This document shows positions 60,723 through 64,000 of a stretch of DNA of 64,000 nt, in pieces; positions within the stretch are counted from its first letter, which is position 1, and every line of letters begins with the position of its first letter. The stretch is from Candidatus Cloacimonadales bacterium (GTDB lineage Bacteria > Cloacimonadota > Cloacimonadia > Cloacimonadales > JAIOQZ01). The stretch covers positions 960,001 to 1,024,000 of the forward strand of contig OY771587.1 in assembly GCA_963674825.1 (NCBI GenBank). Reading direction: 5' to 3'. A program made the position numbers and the translations under genes. The notes beneath the pieces were generated by a model. That model worked only from the letters and a program-made list of their open reading frames with translations. It made no database searches and had not been told where the DNA came from.

Positions 60723-62542
60723 GAATATCCATATTCACAGTTTTCATTATTGGAGCTACTAGTTTATTATCCGTAAACATGAACCTTGCTGTCGACTATC
60801 TCAATATGGAATGGATGGTGAATGGCCCCAACGTCTGGAACAACTACACCGATACAGGAGATCCGCATCAGGGATACACTGAAGCTCATCCTTGCGACTG
60901 GGTAGATGGTATCGGTACAACCATTACCGGCATGCCCTACCACTATGGAGGCAAGGATTCATTTGCACAATGGGATAATGATTACGTAAACGGAAACAAC
61001 GGCCCCGGCGCTCATACAATTCATTATCAGATAAACTCACCCACTTCACGGGAATGGGCGGCCGGTATTGACTGTTCCGGTTTCGTTGGAAGGTGTTGGG
61101 GGATATCCGAGGTTTCAATAGGAGGTTTTGGATGTGGACATATTCGTGATAATTACCCCAACATTGCACCCCATCTGGTTCAACCCGGTGATGCATTTGT
61201 AGCTAGCACTCATGCCAGACTTTGCTATGGAAGATACGAAGATGATCCAACAAATCAATGGGTAGAGGTAATTGAAGCAATGTCTGATGGAGTAAATAAA
61301 GTGGAGAAGAATATCTATAGAATCGAAGATATGATAGCTAGTGGCTTTGGCTGTTACTCCTGCTCGGATTCCACCAACATCTCTGCCGGCTCCGTCTCTG
61401 GAACCTGGACGCTGGAAGATGGACCATACTTGATCGGTGGCGACATCCAAGTCGATACGACAGCAACGTTGACCATCGAAGCCGGCGTCAACGTGATTTT
61501 CACCGGGCACTACAAGTTCACCATATATGGTAAATTGCTCGCACAGGGTACCGAGGACATGAATATCTTCTTCACCGCAGAAAACACGATCGCCGGCTGG
61601 GGCGGCCTGAGGTTCATCAACAACAACACCAATGAATTCGACCAGTCCCGACTGACACACTGCAAGATCGAATACGGAAACGCACAGGGGAACTGGCCTG
61701 ACAATGTGGGAGGGGGAATTTTCTGCCAGTATTCCAATACGATCATCGACACCTGTGTCGTGACCAACAATAGCGCCCTTGCAGGTGGTGGTATTTACGT
61801 GAATCATTCCAACCCGGAGATCTATTACACGCTGATATCGGAGAATCACGCACAAGAGTTCGGCGGAGGAATCGCAGCGTACGACAACTGCATGTTCTTC
61901 CTCATGAACAACACCATTGTCGATAATACCGTGGATGTGTCAGGCAATGTAGGCGGTGGCATTTTCTGCGATATGTCCTGCTGGGCGTACATTGTGAATA
62001 CGATTGTATGGGGCAATACGTCCTATCAGGTATATCTGTTTTACGATAGAGACTATACGATCAATTATTGCAACATAGAGGATGCCATATATCCAGGTGA
62101 CGGAAATTTCTCGAGCGATCCACTGTTCAACGGTTCGGATCCCACTCACTATGAGCTGACGAGCAATTCGCCCTGCATCGACACCGGACACCCTAATTAT
62201 AACGATCCGGACGGTACAAGAAGTGATGTCGGCGCATTTCCGTATTTCCAGTTACCGGAGCCGCCGGAAGTGACGATCAGCATACAGAACAATCAGGTGA
62301 GTCTCGCCTGCGGAAGCGTGTCTCGAACCAGTTATATAGTCTATTCTTCCGACGATCCGGAAGGGACTTTTACAGAGGATGAGACAGGATCGTTCGACGG
62401 AAATGTTTGGACTGCGCCCTTGACGGATGATTCGAGATTCTACTATGTCACGACCGATACAGGAAGTCGCCGTGAGAATTCGGAAGTGACACCATTGAGT
62501 GAACTGATCAACAACCACAAGCGTTTGCATATACAGCGCTGA
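60719..62542 (+). CDS. Cargo: secreted NlpC/P60-like domain + right-handed beta-helix protein
   Basis: GMPYHYGG, GIDCSGFV, QPGDAF..H; then GGGI repeats, SPCIDTG, RSDVGAF. Confidence 0.72.
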   Translation: MRISIFTVFIIGATSLLSVNMNLAVDYLNMEWMVNGPNVWNNYTDTGDPHQGYTEAHPCDWVDGIGTTITGMPYHYGGKDSFAQWDNDYVNGNNGPGAHTIHYQINSPTSREWAAGIDCSGFVGRCWGISEVSIGGFGCGHIRDNYPNIAPHLVQPGDAFVASTHARLCYGRYEDDPTNQWVEVIEAMSDGVNKVEKNIYRIEDMIASGFGCYSCSDSTNISAGSVSGTWTLEDGPYLIGGDIQVDTTATLTIEAGVNVIFTGHYKFTIYGKLLAQGTEDMNIFFTAENTIAGWGGLRFINNNTNEFDQSRLTHCKIEYGNAQGNWPDNVGGGIFCQYSNTIIDTCVVTNNSALAGGGIYVNHSNPEIYYTLISENHAQEFGGGIAAYDNCMFFLMNNTIVDNTVDVSGNVGGGIFCDMSCWAYIVNTIVWGNTSYQVYLFYDRDYTINYCNIEDAIYPGDGNFSSDPLFNGSDPTHYELTSNSPCIDTGHPNYNDPDGTRSDVGAFPYFQLPEPPEVTISIQNNQVSLACGSVSRTSYIVYSSDDPEGTFTEDETGSFDGNVWTAPLTDDSRFYYVTTDTGSRRENSEVTPLSELINNHKRLHIQR

Positions 62543-62559
62543 TTCACTACTCACTTTAG

Positions 62560-62943
62560 CGCATCCTCTCCATCTACATCATCTCGCTGCCCGGTGGCAC
62601 GCTACGACTGGTCAACAAGGACGACGCCTCGAATGCGGTCACCACAATCGATTCCGCCGACGTCATCGAGTTCAAGCGCAAGCGGCTCAACCGTTCGCGG
62701 CCCGACACGTCCGTCCTGGACTGTCTCGTCGGCGACACGACCAACCTGAAGGCCCTCATCGCCGACCACTACGAAACCCTTTTCTGCCAGACGTGGAGCC
62801 TCGAAGCGACCGTTGACAACCTCGCCAAATACGACTTTGCCTTGTTCGACAAGCTGCTCGTCGAGGGCGTGCAGTACCGCATCACCGAGCTGCAGCGCGA
62901 CCCGAAGGCGGACGAGTATGTGCTCAAGGCGTGGGAGGTCTGA
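62560..62943 (+). pseudogene. 3' fragment of a phage tail-region gene
   Basis: Hand-translated GC-rich frame IYIISLPGGTLRLVNKD...EYVLKAWEV* with no start (in-frame TAG at 62557). Confidence 0.6.
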
Positions 62944-63392
62944 TGCTGTGCTACGACGGCTTTCGCATCATCTCCATCGCGGGCGGCGCGTACTCCGGGT
63001 TCGTCGTCGAGAGCGGCGTCATCGACTACCAGCCGCAACGCAAGTATCGCGTCGAGAAGCAGTGCGCCTTCGATCCGACCATCCTCATCCGGCGCGAGCC
63101 GTACAACGAAGATTCCATCGAGTGCGAGGCCTACTTGCATGCGACGCAGTATGACGATCTGTACGCCATCCTGAGCGGTGCAGACCTGCTCTTCATCGAG
63201 TTCGACACCGGCTCGGGGACGCTGCAGTTCCCGGTAGTGATCGACAAGCTGCCCAAGCTCGAAGACGATGCACGCTCCCATCGCAGCCGCATCAAATTCA
63301 CCCTCACCAGCATCTACAAGCAGTTGTCGCCCATCGACTTCGACAGCGTGTTCGGCTACGGCAACGGCTGGGGCGACTGCTGGGGATTTTAG
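62943..63392 (+). CDS. Phage tail-region protein
   Basis: TGATG coupling; ends FGYGNGWGDCWGF. Confidence 0.6.
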   Translation: MLCYDGFRIISIAGGAYSGFVVESGVIDYQPQRKYRVEKQCAFDPTILIRREPYNEDSIECEAYLHATQYDDLYAILSGADLLFIEFDTGSGTLQFPVVIDKLPKLEDDARSHRSRIKFTLTSIYKQLSPIDFDSVFGYGNGWGDCWGF

Positions 63393-63400
63393 GAGGACGC

Positions 63401-64000
63401 ATGCCCGAAACCACCAACTTCAGCCTCTATCAGCCGGTCGCCGGGGAGTCAGGATGGGCCGCCGCGCTCAACGGTAACTTCGACACCATCGACGCGCTTC
63501 TGTACTCGCACCAGACCAGCATCGACGGTCACACGGGAACCGGCAGCAACAAGCACAACGCAGAGCAGATCCGCACCTCGGACGGCTCGGATGTGCAGTC
63601 CGCGCTGGCGGCCAAAGCGAGCCTGCATCACTCGCATCAGGCGGACGATGTCATCCTTCCCGATAACCTCGACATTGGCCATCACATTGCGAATATCAAC
63701 GACGATATCCAAAGTCTTGAAACAACGAAGGCTGCATTGCGGCACACCCACCAATCCGACGACATTCTCCTGCCTGACGGCCTCGAGCTTGGGCAGCATA
63801 TCGACAGCATCGACGACGACATAGAAGCACTCCAGACCGGCAAGGCGGACGCCACCCACGAGCACGCTGAATATGCCCTGCAAACCGCTCTGGACACGGT
63901 TGAGAACACTCTCGATCTGTTGTTGCCAGACCTTGCATCCGTGACGCTGAGCGTCGATGTCGTCAATCGCAGCGGCGGCATTCGCATTCTGTTCCACACT
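63401..64000 (+). CDS. Tail fibre-like protein (runs off window)
   Basis: AGGAGG RBS; MPETTNFSLYQP...LNGNFDTID; repeats KASLHHSHQADD / KAALRHTHQSDD / KADATHEH. Confidence 0.65.
   Translation, partial: MPETTNFSLYQPVAGESGWAAALNGNFDTIDALLYSHQTSIDGHTGTGSNKHNAEQIRTSDGSDVQSALAAKASLHHSHQADDVILPDNLDIGHHIANINDDIQSLETTKAALRHTHQSDDILLPDGLELGQHIDSIDDDIEALQTGKADATHEHAEYALQTALDTVENTLDLLLPDLASVTLSVDVVNRSGGIRILFHT

Larger units (their letters stand above)
30522..64000. mobile_element. Defective Mu-like transposable prophage carrying cargo/defence genes (right end beyond window)
   Basis: Repressor, Ner-like HTH, Mu-type DDE transposase, AAA ATPase, portal, tail genes; left end tentatively at TG 30522 just after a host terminator. 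Confidence 0.85.

Noticed and set aside
35042..62542. Integron cassette array as the source of cargo
   Set aside because: No integrase and no attC-like palindromes at junctions; the cassettes carry their own promoters
63449..63999. Minus-strand ORFs at the window end
   Set aside because: Shadows of the plus-strand tail-fibre-like gene starting at 63401
1..64000. tRNA, rRNA or tRNA att site
   Set aside because: None recognised by eye; Mu-type elements do not need an att site

Overview
The window has two parts. (1) Positions 1 to ~30520 are ordinary bacterial chromosome, probably Cloacimonadota or a related FCB lineage; this is inferred from secreted proteins ending in 'YPNPFNP...YN(I/V)RGQ...WNG.D..GKPVSSG(V/I)Y...' FlgD-Ig/T9SS-like domains. 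It carries yidC-yidD-rnpA-rpmH, a fused sat/cysC, mscS, an MBOAT-ACP-SGNH acylation cluster, a probable serine palmitoyltransferase, pcm-surE, cysS, rsmD, comEA, a DUF559 nuclease bracketed by palindromic inverted repeats, and two tandem GLUG-repeat surface proteins with near-identical ends. (2) Positions ~30522 to >64000 are a Mu-like transposable prophage. Its left end is packed with an 11-bp motif (CG[A/G]TAGTAACC). The repressor/Ner/transposase A/ATPase B module looks intact, while the GC-rich virion module (PBSX-type portal, XkdF-like protease, sipho-like tail, two Dam methylases) is broken up. The large terminase, protease, tape measure and a tail gene survive only as fragments, and no major capsid gene is visible. 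In their place are AT-rich cargo genes, most carrying a TTGACA hexamer a few bp from the junction: a PD-(D/E)XK nuclease, a HEPN-motif protein, a complete BREX type 4 operon (brxP-brxC-pglZ-brxL), a DUF2971 protein and an NlpC/P60 gene pair. The best candidate for a novel system is this Mu-derived, virion-defective, defence-carrying transposon. All calls come from reading the sequence; no searches were run.
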